The notes: generated by a model from the letters alone, not told the origin. Positions 19,953-28,664 are shown, counted from the stretch's first letter. The stretch: DNA of 64,000 bases from Rhodospirillales bacterium (GCA_030744625.1 JASLQF010000005.1:8482-72481), one strand, 5' to 3'. Made by a program: numbers and translations.

Positions 19953-21347
19953 CTAGCCGAAATAGCCGAGCAGGCTCCACCACAGGTAATTCAGCGGCAC
20001 CAGCACGACCAAGGTGACCGCGGCGATGGCCAAGGCCAGGCGGGCGGCGGCCTTGACGCTGACGCCGCCGAGCTGGCAGGCGATGATGACCGGCGGCACC
20101 TGGTAGGGGAAAATGATCGTCGAATACCCCACCACCTGAGTCATGAGCACGGAGAACAGCGGCATGTCGGCGGCCGCCGCCATGTCGGCGGCGAGCGGCG
20201 TGATCACGGCGGGAACGGCAGGGGTCGTGGCGGCGACGCCGGTGGTGATCGACAGGCCGACCAGGGAGAGGAAGTTCCCGAAATCGGCGCCCGCCTCGAT
20301 GGGCAGCACCCCCAGAATATAGCGGCCCAGCACCTCGCCTATCCCGGTATCCGCCAGCATCGGCCCGATGCTGATGATGCCCGCCACGTAGAAGACTGTG
20401 GCGAAGTTCATGTCCTTGTTGAACGATGACGGCGGGATCAGACCGGCGCCGGGCAGCAGACAGAAAAGTCCGGCGCCGAGCGACACCCAGGCCGGCGATA
20501 TGCCGTGCGCGAAATCGGTCATCCAAAGGGCCAGGGTAATCGCCAGGATGATCGCCATCCTGCGCGCTTGAGGGCTCAGGGGCGCCGGCGCCGGCTGTTC
20601 CGCCAAGGGCCGCAGCTTGTCGGGGAACATGACCAGGACCAGCACCACGATGAGGGCCGCCTTGAGCACGCCGAGGACCGGGAAGTGGAGGAAGAAGTAG
20701 GTACCGTAGGTGAAGGAGACGTCGTAAAGGGTCTCCGCGGTGCCGACCATGACCAGGTTGGGGACGTGGGCCGGCAGGATGCCGGCCGCCGGCATCCATG
20801 TGGCCATGGCCATGGCCAGTATTAACCCTGCGCGGCCGTTGGAACCCTCCCCGAAGCCGAAGCGGTCGGCGAAGGCGACGACGATCGGCGCCATGATGAC
20901 GACGCGGCTCATGGTGGATGGCATGAGAAAGGCCATGGTGACGGCGAGCACGACGACACCGGTGATCAGGGTCGCGTAGGACTTCGTGAAGCGACCGGTG
21001 ATGCTTTGGGCCAAGTACTCGCCGAGGCCCGTGCGCCGCACACCGACACCGATGATAAGGCCGCCGAAGACCAGCCAGAACGCCGTCGACTGGAAGCCCG
21101 AGAAGACGACGCTGGCGGGCGCCACCGCGAACAGCATGGCGACCAGAAAATAGGTGAAGGCGGTGAGGAACTCGGGGATGATGCGGGAGGCGTACAGGCC
21201 AATGGCGAAGACGGTAAGCGCCGCTCCTTGCATGGCGCGCCCGTCGACCCCCTCGGGCGGAGGAAGAACGACCAGGGCTGCGGACGCCGCCAGGGTCAAG
21301 CCCGCGACGAGGCGCGGCACCTGGGGGGAACTCGGTTGATCGGCCAT
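19953..21347 (-). CDS. DASS/SLC13-type anion permease
   Basis: Track ORF 19953..21494, with an in-frame ATG at 21345-21347 (MADQPSS). Polytopic and hydrophobic throughout, with the duplicated hairpin-type architecture typical of the ArsB/NhaD-DASS superfamily. Confidence 0.7.
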   Translation of the reverse strand: MADQPSSPQVPRLVAGLTLAASAALVVLPPPEGVDGRAMQGAALTVFAIGLYASRIIPEFLTAFTYFLVAMLFAVAPASVVFSGFQSTAFWLVFGGLIIGVGVRRTGLGEYLAQSITGRFTKSYATLITGVVVLAVTMAFLMPSTMSRVVIMAPIVVAFADRFGFGEGSNGRAGLILAMAMATWMPAAGILPAHVPNLVMVGTAETLYDVSFTYGTYFFLHFPVLGVLKAALIVVLVLVMFPDKLRPLAEQPAPAPLSPQARRMAIILAITLALWMTDFAHGISPAWVSLGAGLFCLLPGAGLIPPSSFNKDMNFATVFYVAGIISIGPMLADTGIGEVLGRYILGVLPIEAGADFGNFLSLVGLSITTGVAATTPAVPAVITPLAADMAAAADMPLFSVLMTQVVGYSTIIFPYQVPPVIIACQLGGVSVKAAARLALAIAAVTLVVLVPLNYLWWSLLGYFG

Positions 21348-21379
21348 GAATTGGGTTTCTCGGGTGGCGGCGCCGGGGA

Positions 21380-22378
21380 CTACTCGGCCGATTCCGGGAG
21401 GCGCGTTTTCAGGGTTTTTTCGAGCCGGTACTCGCCGTAGGTCAGGGGTTCGTATTTGGGGGGATTGCCGGGGCCTTGGCAGGTGTCGACGCATTTAATC
21501 TCGGCATCGTAGTTGGGCGCATGGAAGAAGGCGATGGATAGGCGCTCGCGCTCGGCGAATTGGCGCGGCGGATTGACCACGCGGTGCAGGGTGGAAACCC
21601 ATCGGTCGTTGGTCCAGCGCGCCATGAGGTCGCCGAGGTTGATGACGAAGGACCCGGGTGCCGGGTGGACATCGACCCAGTGCCCATGGCGATTGACGAC
21701 TTGCAGGCCGCCCGGCGTGTCCTCCCCATACAGGATGGTCAGGGTCCCGTAATCGGTGTGGGCACCGGCACGCAGCTGTCCGGGCAGGGGCGGCTCCAAT
21801 TGGGCGGGATATTTGTTGAAACGGATATGGCTGATGGTGTCGGCGATCTTGTCGTCGAAGAAGTCTTCGCGCAAGTCGAGGGCGAGGGCGAAGATGCCCA
21901 TGATTTCGGCGCCAAGGGCGCGCAGCCGGCGGTAATAATCCTCGAAAGCCGTCCGCATCGCGGCCGGCCTCGCCGGCCACAGATTGGGGGCGAAGTAGAC
22001 CCGCGCCATTCCTTCGGTGTGGTAAGGGTCGTCGGCAACGTCGACCGGTCCCATGCCGAACGTTTCGTGCAGATCGGGCGGAGAAGGATTGCCCAGGGAC
22101 GCCGACAGCGACTGATTGGCCAGGGTATCGTAGCCCCGCGTGATTTCCGGCGCCGGGCGCCCGATCTTCAACTTTTCCTCGAGGGCGAGGGCGAAGAACT
22201 CATAGGCGACGTCGCGCACCCGATCAATAAGTTGCTCCGGCACCCCGTGGCCCTGGATGTTGACGAACCCGGTGGTCTCGCAGGCGTGCCCGACCTCGGC
22301 CGCCACTCTTTTCTTGTCCTCGGATTCACCAGACAGGAACGGCGATATATCGATCACGGGAACGTCGTCGGTACTCAT
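21380..22378 (-). CDS. 2-oxoglutarate/Fe(II)-dependent oxygenase (isopenicillin-N-synthase-like)
   Basis: Track ORF 21380..22429, with an in-frame ATG at 22376-22378 (MSTDDVPVIDISPF). HTDYGTLTIL (HxD) and a distal HRV. Confidence 0.8.
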   Translation of the reverse strand: MSTDDVPVIDISPFLSGESEDKKRVAAEVGHACETTGFVNIQGHGVPEQLIDRVRDVAYEFFALALEEKLKIGRPAPEITRGYDTLANQSLSASLGNPSPPDLHETFGMGPVDVADDPYHTEGMARVYFAPNLWPARPAAMRTAFEDYYRRLRALGAEIMGIFALALDLREDFFDDKIADTISHIRFNKYPAQLEPPLPGQLRAGAHTDYGTLTILYGEDTPGGLQVVNRHGHWVDVHPAPGSFVINLGDLMARWTNDRWVSTLHRVVNPPRQFAERERLSIAFFHAPNYDAEIKCVDTCQGPGNPPKYEPLTYGEYRLEKTLKTRLPESAE

Positions 22379-22461
22379 GGCTAGCTCTCCGGGCTTGCTC
22401 CCCGGGCGCCATTCTGTGCTTCCCTCCACGACGTTGCAACCGGGCGATGACGGGATCGTGG

Positions 22462-22495
22462 AAAAACAAACCCGGCCGCGCGGTGCGCGGCCGGG
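22462..22495 (-). terminator. Rho-independent terminator after the porin-lipoprotein unit
   Basis: All-GC 10-bp stem, CCCGGCCGCG (22471-22480) pairing with CGCGGCCGGG (22486-22495), with a 5-nt loop. On the minus strand it is followed by TTTGTTTTT (22462-22470). It lies about 25 nt downstream of the lipoprotein stop. Confidence 0.7.
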
Positions 22496-22519
22496 AAAGT
22501 TTCTCCAAGGTGGGACGTT

Positions 22520-22699
22520 CTATTTCTTACGGTAGATCACCCACTCACCGTCCTCGCCGGTGAAGGCGCCGGGGCCCTTCATCGACTCGTTTTGATCGAC
22601 ATAGTCGAAGGCCTGGTAAGAGCCGCACGCCGATAGTGCGAGCCCCGCGATCACCATCAAGATCAACGCTTTTGACGACACGGTCACCCTTTCCTTCAT
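22520..22699 (-). CDS. Small lipoprotein (59 aa; below ORF-track cutoff)
   Basis: Hand translation gives MKERVTVSSKALILMVIAGLALSACGSYQAFDYVDQNESMKGPGAFTGEDGEWVIYRKK*. It has a signal peptide with an LSAC lipobox. An alternative GTG start lies 18 nt downstream, after AAGGAAAGG. It starts 6 nt after the porin stop. Confidence 0.6.
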   Translation of the reverse strand: MKERVTVSSKALILMVIAGLALSACGSYQAFDYVDQNESMKGPGAFTGEDGEWVIYRKK

Positions 22700-22705
22700 G
22701 GCGCC

Positions 22706-24055
22706 CTAGAACTTGACGCGGGCCCCGACCATGCCGACGTTGATGTCGTCGAGTTGGATGCCGGAGCGGTTCATTTGATGGTTGCGGATCGCGACGTACA
22801 GTTCCGTGCCCCAGGCATCAATCTTTTGAACGGCGGCGACACCAATGGTCTGGAACTCGTCGTCGTTCTGGGCGCGGTCGTTGCTGAAGCCGTAATCGAT
22901 GGAGAAGTAGCTGTTGCCGACCTCGAACAGTTTCTTCTGATAGCCGATCTTGCCGTAGAAGAACGTCGGGTTGGCCCTGCCGGCCGCCTTGGCATGGGCC
23001 TGTCCGCCGGCCAGCGTCAGGCTGAAGCCGGTGGGCACGTGAAGGGCCGAGCCCGAGGCGTTGGTTTGAAAGTCGGTGCTCGTGCTGGTCGAGGCGATGT
23101 TGGCCCAAGCCGCCGCGGCGGCGGTCTTGAAGTCGCCCCACTGGCCGGAATAGCGCAGCGCGTAGTCGTTCTCGCCGCCCTGCACGTGACTGAGCGACAG
23201 CTTGAAGCCCTCGAATGTCGGCGAATCGTAACGGATACGGTCGTCGCGGCTGAGGCCGTCGATGTCGTCGTAGGCATCGGCGATCTCGATGGCGGTCAGC
23301 GCGTTGGTCGCCGAGTTGCGGAAGAGCAGGCTTCCCGCCAGATCGTGGATGCCGGAGTAGGCGATGAGACCCGTGCCGGACAAATCGACGTGCGAAGTGC
23401 CGTCCGAGGCGGTTTCGCCCTGGCCCAGCCATAGCCGGCCGTACTTCTTGTGGTCGAAGTATAACTCCAGCTTGCGCTCCGTGAAGCTGTTGGTGGTCAC
23501 ATCGTTGTTCTCGTTGTTCTGGTCGACGCTGGACGACGAGTTGGATTCGAACTGCACCTCCACCTGGGCGCCGACGGTGACGTCCTCATTGGGCTTGCCG
23601 GTGCCGACGAAGCGCACCCGCGTCGAGGAATGGTCGTTGTCAACGTGGAAGAGGTCGGTCTGTTCGCCGTCGCCGGCCAGCATGAGGGCGCGATTGACCT
23701 GACCCGAGATGGCCAGCTTCACCTTGTCGGAGCTCGAGGTCACCATCTTGGGCGGCGTGTCGGCCTGTTCGACCTGGCGCACCACCTGCTGCACCTGCTC
23801 GGTGGTTTTCGCCACCTTCTCGGTGGTGGCGGTCATGGCCGCCTTGTTGGCCTGGGTGACAGTTCGCAGCGCCTCGACCTGGGTCTTCAAGGCCTCCAGT
23901 GTCCTGGCCTGAGCCTCGATCATCTTCTGTTGCTGTTCGATGATGCGTGTCAGCTCCTTGAGCTTGGCGGCATCGGGGCCTTGCGCGCCGGCCGGCGCGG
24001 CCAACAGCACGAGCGCCGCCATCGCGAACAGGGCGGATTTCCATGTCGGTTTCAT
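22706..24055 (-). CDS. Outer-membrane porin with N-terminal coiled-coil-like extension
   Basis: Track ORF of 449 aa. Signal peptide (ALVLLAAPAGAQG), an E/Q/K/T-rich helical segment of about 80 aa, then alternating beta-strand pattern ending in ...GARVKF (C-terminal Phe). Confidence 0.75.
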   Translation of the reverse strand: MKPTWKSALFAMAALVLLAAPAGAQGPDAAKLKELTRIIEQQQKMIEAQARTLEALKTQVEALRTVTQANKAAMTATTEKVAKTTEQVQQVVRQVEQADTPPKMVTSSSDKVKLAISGQVNRALMLAGDGEQTDLFHVDNDHSSTRVRFVGTGKPNEDVTVGAQVEVQFESNSSSSVDQNNENNDVTTNSFTERKLELYFDHKKYGRLWLGQGETASDGTSHVDLSGTGLIAYSGIHDLAGSLLFRNSATNALTAIEIADAYDDIDGLSRDDRIRYDSPTFEGFKLSLSHVQGGENDYALRYSGQWGDFKTAAAAAWANIASTSTSTDFQTNASGSALHVPTGFSLTLAGGQAHAKAAGRANPTFFYGKIGYQKKLFEVGNSYFSIDYGFSNDRAQNDDEFQTIGVAAVQKIDAWGTELYVAIRNHQMNRSGIQLDDINVGMVGARVKF

Positions 24056-24369
24056 GATGTCCCTTCCTCAGGTATCTGCTTCCGGGTTTTCCTGATGGCC
24101 TCGCCCGATGGGGGCCGTGGCGGAAATACTGCCTCGTTGGTGCCGTGTTTGTCATTGACCAGGATCAAAAACCACCATCAAGGATCCGTACCATCATTCG
24201 TGGCCGGGCGCGCACAGGTCGATAACCACGCCACAAGTAATGCGAATGCGACGCATTATCAATAACATCTAATTCTGGTGTATTGAAAGCACCGATCAAC
24301 GCCGCGGCGACGCGATTGCCGTCTCCGGGGTAAGGCCGGCAGGGGGACCGCCCACCCGGGCCGTGTTCT

Positions 24370-25089
24370 CTATTCCTTCGGCCGTGGCAGATTCGGGAGG
24401 ATTTTGGCGGCCGCCCGTAGCGCATCGGCGCGCTTCATCCCGGAGGACACGCTTCCCGAGTACAGCAATGCCAGCAGCACCCTGTCGATGCGCGTGAAGC
24501 GCGCGGTGACGGATTCGTGGTTGAGGATGGAGAAGGCGTCGGACGGGTGATAGGCCAAGCCCACGGCGTGGGCCAGTTCGTGATAGAGGCACTGCCGGAG
24601 TCGCTTGGCGGCCTCGGCAGGCGTGCCGCCGCCGCCGACGAATAGGGCGGCCTCGTCGATCTCGTGGCCCACCGTCCAGGTGATCGACCAGCAATAGCCG
24701 GCGGCGATGGCGGCACGGCGGCTTTCGTTGACGCGGGCGCCTCGCCGCGACAGGTAATCCAGATAGGCCTCCCCATCCTCGAAGAAAACGATGATGTCGG
24801 CGGCGGCGTCCTGCGGGGTCGGAGTGAGCGCGATAGCCAGGGGCGCCGCGCCGCTGATTTCGGCGAGCACCCTTTCCAGCCCGGCCATGGACCCGGCCTT
24901 GCGCTTGCCGCGCGCCGCGACGCGCACCGGCCTTTCCCATCGGTAGACGGTGCCGAGAGGGGTGTCGAGGTTCCCGCTGCCGAACACCACCTGGTCAAAT
25001 ATGGGCACCATCCCGGCATCGTCGGGATGATGGCCGCAGGCCGCCGCGGCCAGGGCGGCGGCGAGGCATGCCGCGGTCCGGAAGCTCAC
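24370..25089 (-). CDS. Exported HExxH zincin-like protein (DUF2927-like), probable lipoprotein
   Basis: In-frame GTG at 25087-25089 within track ORF 24370..25821, overlapping the upstream stop as GTGA. VSFRTAACLAAALAAAACG signal and LYHELAHAVGL metal-binding-type motif. Confidence 0.55.
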   Translation of the reverse strand: MSFRTAACLAAALAAAACGHHPDDAGMVPIFDQVVFGSGNLDTPLGTVYRWERPVRVAARGKRKAGSMAGLERVLAEISGAAPLAIALTPTPQDAAADIIVFFEDGEAYLDYLSRRGARVNESRRAAIAAGYCWSITWTVGHEIDEAALFVGGGGTPAEAAKRLRQCLYHELAHAVGLAYHPSDAFSILNHESVTARFTRIDRVLLALLYSGSVSSGMKRADALRAAAKILPNLPRPKE

Positions 25090-26333
25090 CGTAGGTCCAC
25101 CGCCAGAATCTCGGCCAGGGCCAGGGCTACCACCAGGGTCGCCTTGCGCAGGTCGTCGAGGTTCAGGCGCTCGTCGGCGGCGTGGGCGTTGGCCTCGAAG
25201 ATGGTGCGCGGCCCGGCGCCGTAGAGCACCGTGGGAATGCCCGCTTCGGCGTAGTGCCGGGCATCGGTGTAGAGGGGCACGCCGCCGGCCGTGACCTCCT
25301 CGCCGATGACCCGCGAGGCGTGCCGGGCCAGTGGATCGGCGATCCTGTCGGTGCCGGGCAGCGGCACCAGCGGCCGCGCCAGGAGGATGCGCCGCACCGC
25401 CGAGGAAGCGCCGGGGGTGCGGGCCGCGGCCTTCTCGATGAGGGTTGTGATTTCGGCCTCGACGGTGTCGGCGTCCTCTTCCGGGATCAACCGCCGGTCG
25501 ATGCGCAGGCTCACCAGGTCGGGCACCACGTTGGTGTTGACGCCGCCCTCGATGAGGCCGACGACGACGGTAGGCGAATCGATGCCGGCCACTTGAGAAC
25601 GCGTCTCGCCGCAGCGGGTGCGGTATTCGTAGATGGCCGCAAGGACTCCGGTGGCGGCCTCCAGCGCATCGACACCTGTATGGGGCATGGCGGCGTGGGC
25701 CTGGCGGCCGCGAATCTCGGCCTCCAGGTGCAGGCAGCCGTTGTGCGTGGTGACGACGCCGTACCCGAACCCTGCCGAGATGGCGTAGTCGGGCCGGGTG
25801 ATGCCCTTCTCGAGCAGCCATTGGGGGCCGATGGTACCGCCCGTCTCCTCGTCATAGGTGAAGTGGAGTTCGACCGTGCCGCCCAACCCCTCGGCCACCG
25901 TCTCCAGGGCGAGCAGCGCCCACGTGTAGGTGGCGAAGTCCGATTTGGAGACGGCTACGCCGCGCCCGTACATCTCGCCGTCCAAAATCTCGGCACCGTA
26001 GGGATCGCGGCTCCAGCCCTCGCCCGGCGGCACCACGTCGCCGTGGGCGTTGAGGGCGATCACCGGGCCGTCGCCGAAGCGCCGGCGCACCACCAGGTTG
26101 GTCGCCGACAGCATGGTGTTGGCGCGGGCCTCGTCGGCGGGTACCGGGTGGCGCTCGACCCTCAGGCCGATTTTCTCCAGGAGCCTTGCGGTGCGTTCGG
26201 CATGTGGCGCGCAGTCGCCCGGCGGGTTGTCCGTGGGCACGCGCACCATGTCGGCGAGGAATCGCACCTGCTCCTGGTGGTTGGTGTCGATGAAGGCGCC
26301 GAGGCTCTTTTCCGTCCCGTCGGGCGTGCCCAT
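25086..26333 (-). CDS. M20 family metallopeptidase/deacylase (ArgE/DapE-like)
   Basis: Track ORF 25086..26408, with an in-frame ATG at 26331-26333 overlapping the puuE stop as ATGA. ALNAHGDVVPPGEGW and GRGVAVSKSD motifs. Confidence 0.75.
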   Translation of the reverse strand: MGTPDGTEKSLGAFIDTNHQEQVRFLADMVRVPTDNPPGDCAPHAERTARLLEKIGLRVERHPVPADEARANTMLSATNLVVRRRFGDGPVIALNAHGDVVPPGEGWSRDPYGAEILDGEMYGRGVAVSKSDFATYTWALLALETVAEGLGGTVELHFTYDEETGGTIGPQWLLEKGITRPDYAISAGFGYGVVTTHNGCLHLEAEIRGRQAHAAMPHTGVDALEAATGVLAAIYEYRTRCGETRSQVAGIDSPTVVVGLIEGGVNTNVVPDLVSLRIDRRLIPEEDADTVEAEITTLIEKAAARTPGASSAVRRILLARPLVPLPGTDRIADPLARHASRVIGEEVTAGGVPLYTDARHYAEAGIPTVLYGAGPRTIFEANAHAADERLNLDDLRKATLVVALALAEILAVDLR

Positions 26334-27256
26334 CAGCCGTTTGCTCCGGCCGCTCTGGAATGGTGCTCTATCCAGTGGCGGGCGATATCGGCGCGCCGGC
26401 ATATCCACACCCGGTCGTGCCGTTCGACGTGGTCCAGGAAACGGGCCAGCGCCGCCGCCCGGCCGGGCCGTCCGGCCAGGCGGCAGTGCAGGCCCACCGA
26501 CATCATCTTGGGGTGTTCGCCGCCCTCGGCGTAGAGCACGTCGAAGGTGTCGCGCAGGTAGGCGAAGAACTGGTCGCCCGAGTTGAAGCCCTGGGCGGTG
26601 GCGAAGCGCATGTCGTTGGCGTCCAGGGTGTAGGGCACGACCAGCCAGGGCTTGCCGTCCACGTCTTCCCAGTAGGGCAGGTCGTCGGCGTAGGAATCGG
26701 CGTCGTAGAGGCAGCCGCTGTGGCTGGCCACCAGGCGCCGGGTGTTGGGGCCGGTGCGCCCGGTGTACCAGCCCTCGGGCCGGCGCCCGGTTATTTTTTC
26801 GATGCTTTCGACGGCGCGGCGGATGTGGTCGCGTTCCGTTTCCTCGTCCATATGCTGGTAGTCGATCCAGCGCCAGCCGTGGCTGGCCACCTCGTGCCCG
26901 GCCTCGACCATGGCGGCGGCGGCCTCGGTGTTGCGCTCCAGCGCCATGGCGACGGCGAACACGGTGAGCGGCAGGCCGCGATCCTCGAACATGCGCATAA
27001 GCCGCCAGAACCCGGCGCGGCTGCCGTACTCGTAGATGGATTCCATGCTCATGTGACGGGCACCGACGATGGGCTGGGCGCCGATGATCTCCGACAGGAA
27101 GGCCTCGGAGGCGGCGTCCCCGTGCAGGATGTCGTTCTCGCCGCCCTCCTCGTAGTTGAGGACGATTTGCAGTGCCAGGCGCGCGTCGCCGGGCCAGCCT
27201 GCCTGTGGCGGGTCGACCCCGTAGCCGACCATGTCGCGGGGGTAGGGCTTGCTCAC
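26333..27256 (-). CDS. puuE: Allantoinase PuuE (polysaccharide-deacetylase type)
   Basis: C-terminal 307 codons of track ORF 26333..28294. The GTG at 27254-27256 overlaps the puuD stop (GTGA). SKPYPRDMVGYG...ALQIVLNYEEGGE...HGWRW are characteristic of PuuE. Confidence 0.8.
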   Translation of the reverse strand: MSKPYPRDMVGYGVDPPQAGWPGDARLALQIVLNYEEGGENDILHGDAASEAFLSEIIGAQPIVGARHMSMESIYEYGSRAGFWRLMRMFEDRGLPLTVFAVAMALERNTEAAAAMVEAGHEVASHGWRWIDYQHMDEETERDHIRRAVESIEKITGRRPEGWYTGRTGPNTRRLVASHSGCLYDADSYADDLPYWEDVDGKPWLVVPYTLDANDMRFATAQGFNSGDQFFAYLRDTFDVLYAEGGEHPKMMSVGLHCRLAGRPGRAAALARFLDHVERHDRVWICRRADIARHWIEHHSRAAGANG

Positions 27257-28449
27257 TCGAGGGGCGCTCCCTGGCGCACCCACACGCCGAGCAGGTCGCG
27301 TTCCTCCTGGGTCATGCCCGTCTCGTCGCCGAGCGGCATGGTCTCGGAGACGACGGCGCGGGCGAAAATGCGCTGGGCGAGGGTCTTGATCTGCTGGGGC
27401 GTGTCGAACGCCACGCCCTCGGGCGGCTTGTCGAAATCCTCGTGGCGGGGTTTTGCCGAATGGCATGGGACGCAACGAAGGTCGATGACCGCTTTCACGG
27501 TGACGAACGCCACCGGCTCGTCGGTGTCGACGGTGTCGGACTCGAATTGCGGCGCGCTGGCGTAGACGAGGGCGATCATTCCGGCGACAGCGGCCCCCGA
27601 AATCCAATAGCCGAGTGCCGCCCGGCCCTTGTTGCGCAGGTTGAAGGTATGGCGTACCGCCATGCCGGCGACGCTGAGCGCGGCCAGGATCAACCAGCCT
27701 TGCGGGTGCCCGTAGGTGGCCGGGTAGTGGCTGCTGATCATGATGAACACCACCGGCAGCGTCATGTAATTGTTGTGCAGGGAACGCAAGCTGGCGGCGC
27801 GGGCGCGCGCCACGTCGGGCTCGGTGCCGTCTCTGGTGGCGGCGACGACCTGGCGCTGCGAGGGGATGATGTGGACCCAGACGTTGACCACCATGATCGT
27901 GCCCAGCATGGCTCCGACGTGGATGTAGGCGGCACGTGCGCTGATCACCTGACTGAGGCCGTAGGCGACGGCGGTGACGAGGACGAACATGATGGCGGCA
28001 CCGAGCACCGGGGTCCGCCCGATCGGCGAGCGCCACAACAGGTCGTACACGAACCACCCCACGGCGATGACGCCGATGCCGATGGCCACGGCGGCGCCAG
28101 GGCCGATGTCGGAGACACCAGGGTCGACCATGTAGATCTTGGCCCCCAGGTAGTAGACGAGGAACAGCAGGAGAACGCCGGTGACCCAGGTGTAGGTGGC
28201 CTCCCACACGAACCAGTGCAGGGTCTTGGGCAGCGTCGCCGGCGCCACGCCGAACTTTTCGGCCCGATAGAAGCTGCCGCCGTGGACCATCCACAGCTCG
28301 CCCTCGATCCCCTCACGGGCCGCCTCGGGGGGATGCAGGTGGCTGTCCTGCCAATTGAAGTAGAAGGACGAGCCGATCCACGCGATGCCCGTGATGACGT
28401 GCGTCCAGCGGACGACGAGGTTGAGCCATTCACCGAGGTTTGGGTCCAT
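27253..28449 (-). CDS. puuD: Membrane-bound cytochrome c urate hydroxylase PuuD
   Basis: Track ORF of 398 aa. Polytopic N-part starting WLNLVVRWTHVITGIAWIGSSFYF, and a C-terminal CVPCH heme-c motif. Confidence 0.75.
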   Translation of the reverse strand: MDPNLGEWLNLVVRWTHVITGIAWIGSSFYFNWQDSHLHPPEAAREGIEGELWMVHGGSFYRAEKFGVAPATLPKTLHWFVWEATYTWVTGVLLLFLVYYLGAKIYMVDPGVSDIGPGAAVAIGIGVIAVGWFVYDLLWRSPIGRTPVLGAAIMFVLVTAVAYGLSQVISARAAYIHVGAMLGTIMVVNVWVHIIPSQRQVVAATRDGTEPDVARARAASLRSLHNNYMTLPVVFIMISSHYPATYGHPQGWLILAALSVAGMAVRHTFNLRNKGRAALGYWISGAAVAGMIALVYASAPQFESDTVDTDEPVAFVTVKAVIDLRCVPCHSAKPRHEDFDKPPEGVAFDTPQQIKTLAQRIFARAVVSETMPLGDETGMTQEERDLLGVWVRQGAPLE

Positions 28450-28508
28450 CGAACGCGTTTCCTCGTTTTCGCCAGGCGCCCGGTTTTAGGCACCTTTGGC
28501 GGGTTCGG

Positions 28509-28549
28509 AAATATTGTAACCAATTTATATATCAAATTGTCTACATTTT
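28509..28549. promoter_or_regulatory. Two candidate GntR/FadR-type operator sites in the puuD/xdhA divergent region
   Basis: AAATATTGTAACCAATTT (28509-28526) and AAATTGTCTACATTT (28534-28548). Both resemble the perfect palindrome at 41153-41168 and sit in an AT-rich island of the 215-bp intergenic region. Confidence 0.45.
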
Positions 28550-28664
28550 CATTTGCCACGGTGGAAATTGAATTGAATAATGTGCCCCGTGTTGCGAAGC
28601 TTTGGTACCCGGCGCGTTATCGGGCAGGCGCGGGAAACAGCGCTTTCGGGAGGGGAGCACGGCC

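Noticed and set aside
26333-28294. 653-aa ORF that would fuse a long N-terminal extension to PuuE. The same pattern occurs at 24370..25821, 13082..14866, 55948..57822, 53354..54850 and 1001..3967.
   Set aside because: Only the C-terminal portions carry family motifs. The extensions are Arg/Pro/Gly-rich and overlap the upstream gene out of frame. Internal ATG or GTG starts give proteins of the expected length and form 4-nt start-stop overlaps.
28560-28625. Sigma-54-like element (TGTGCC-N5-TTGCG / TGGTAC...) upstream of xdhA
   Set aside because: It does not match the spacing and conserved GG/GC dinucleotides of the TGGCAC-N5-TTGC consensus. No enhancer-binding-protein gene is nearby.
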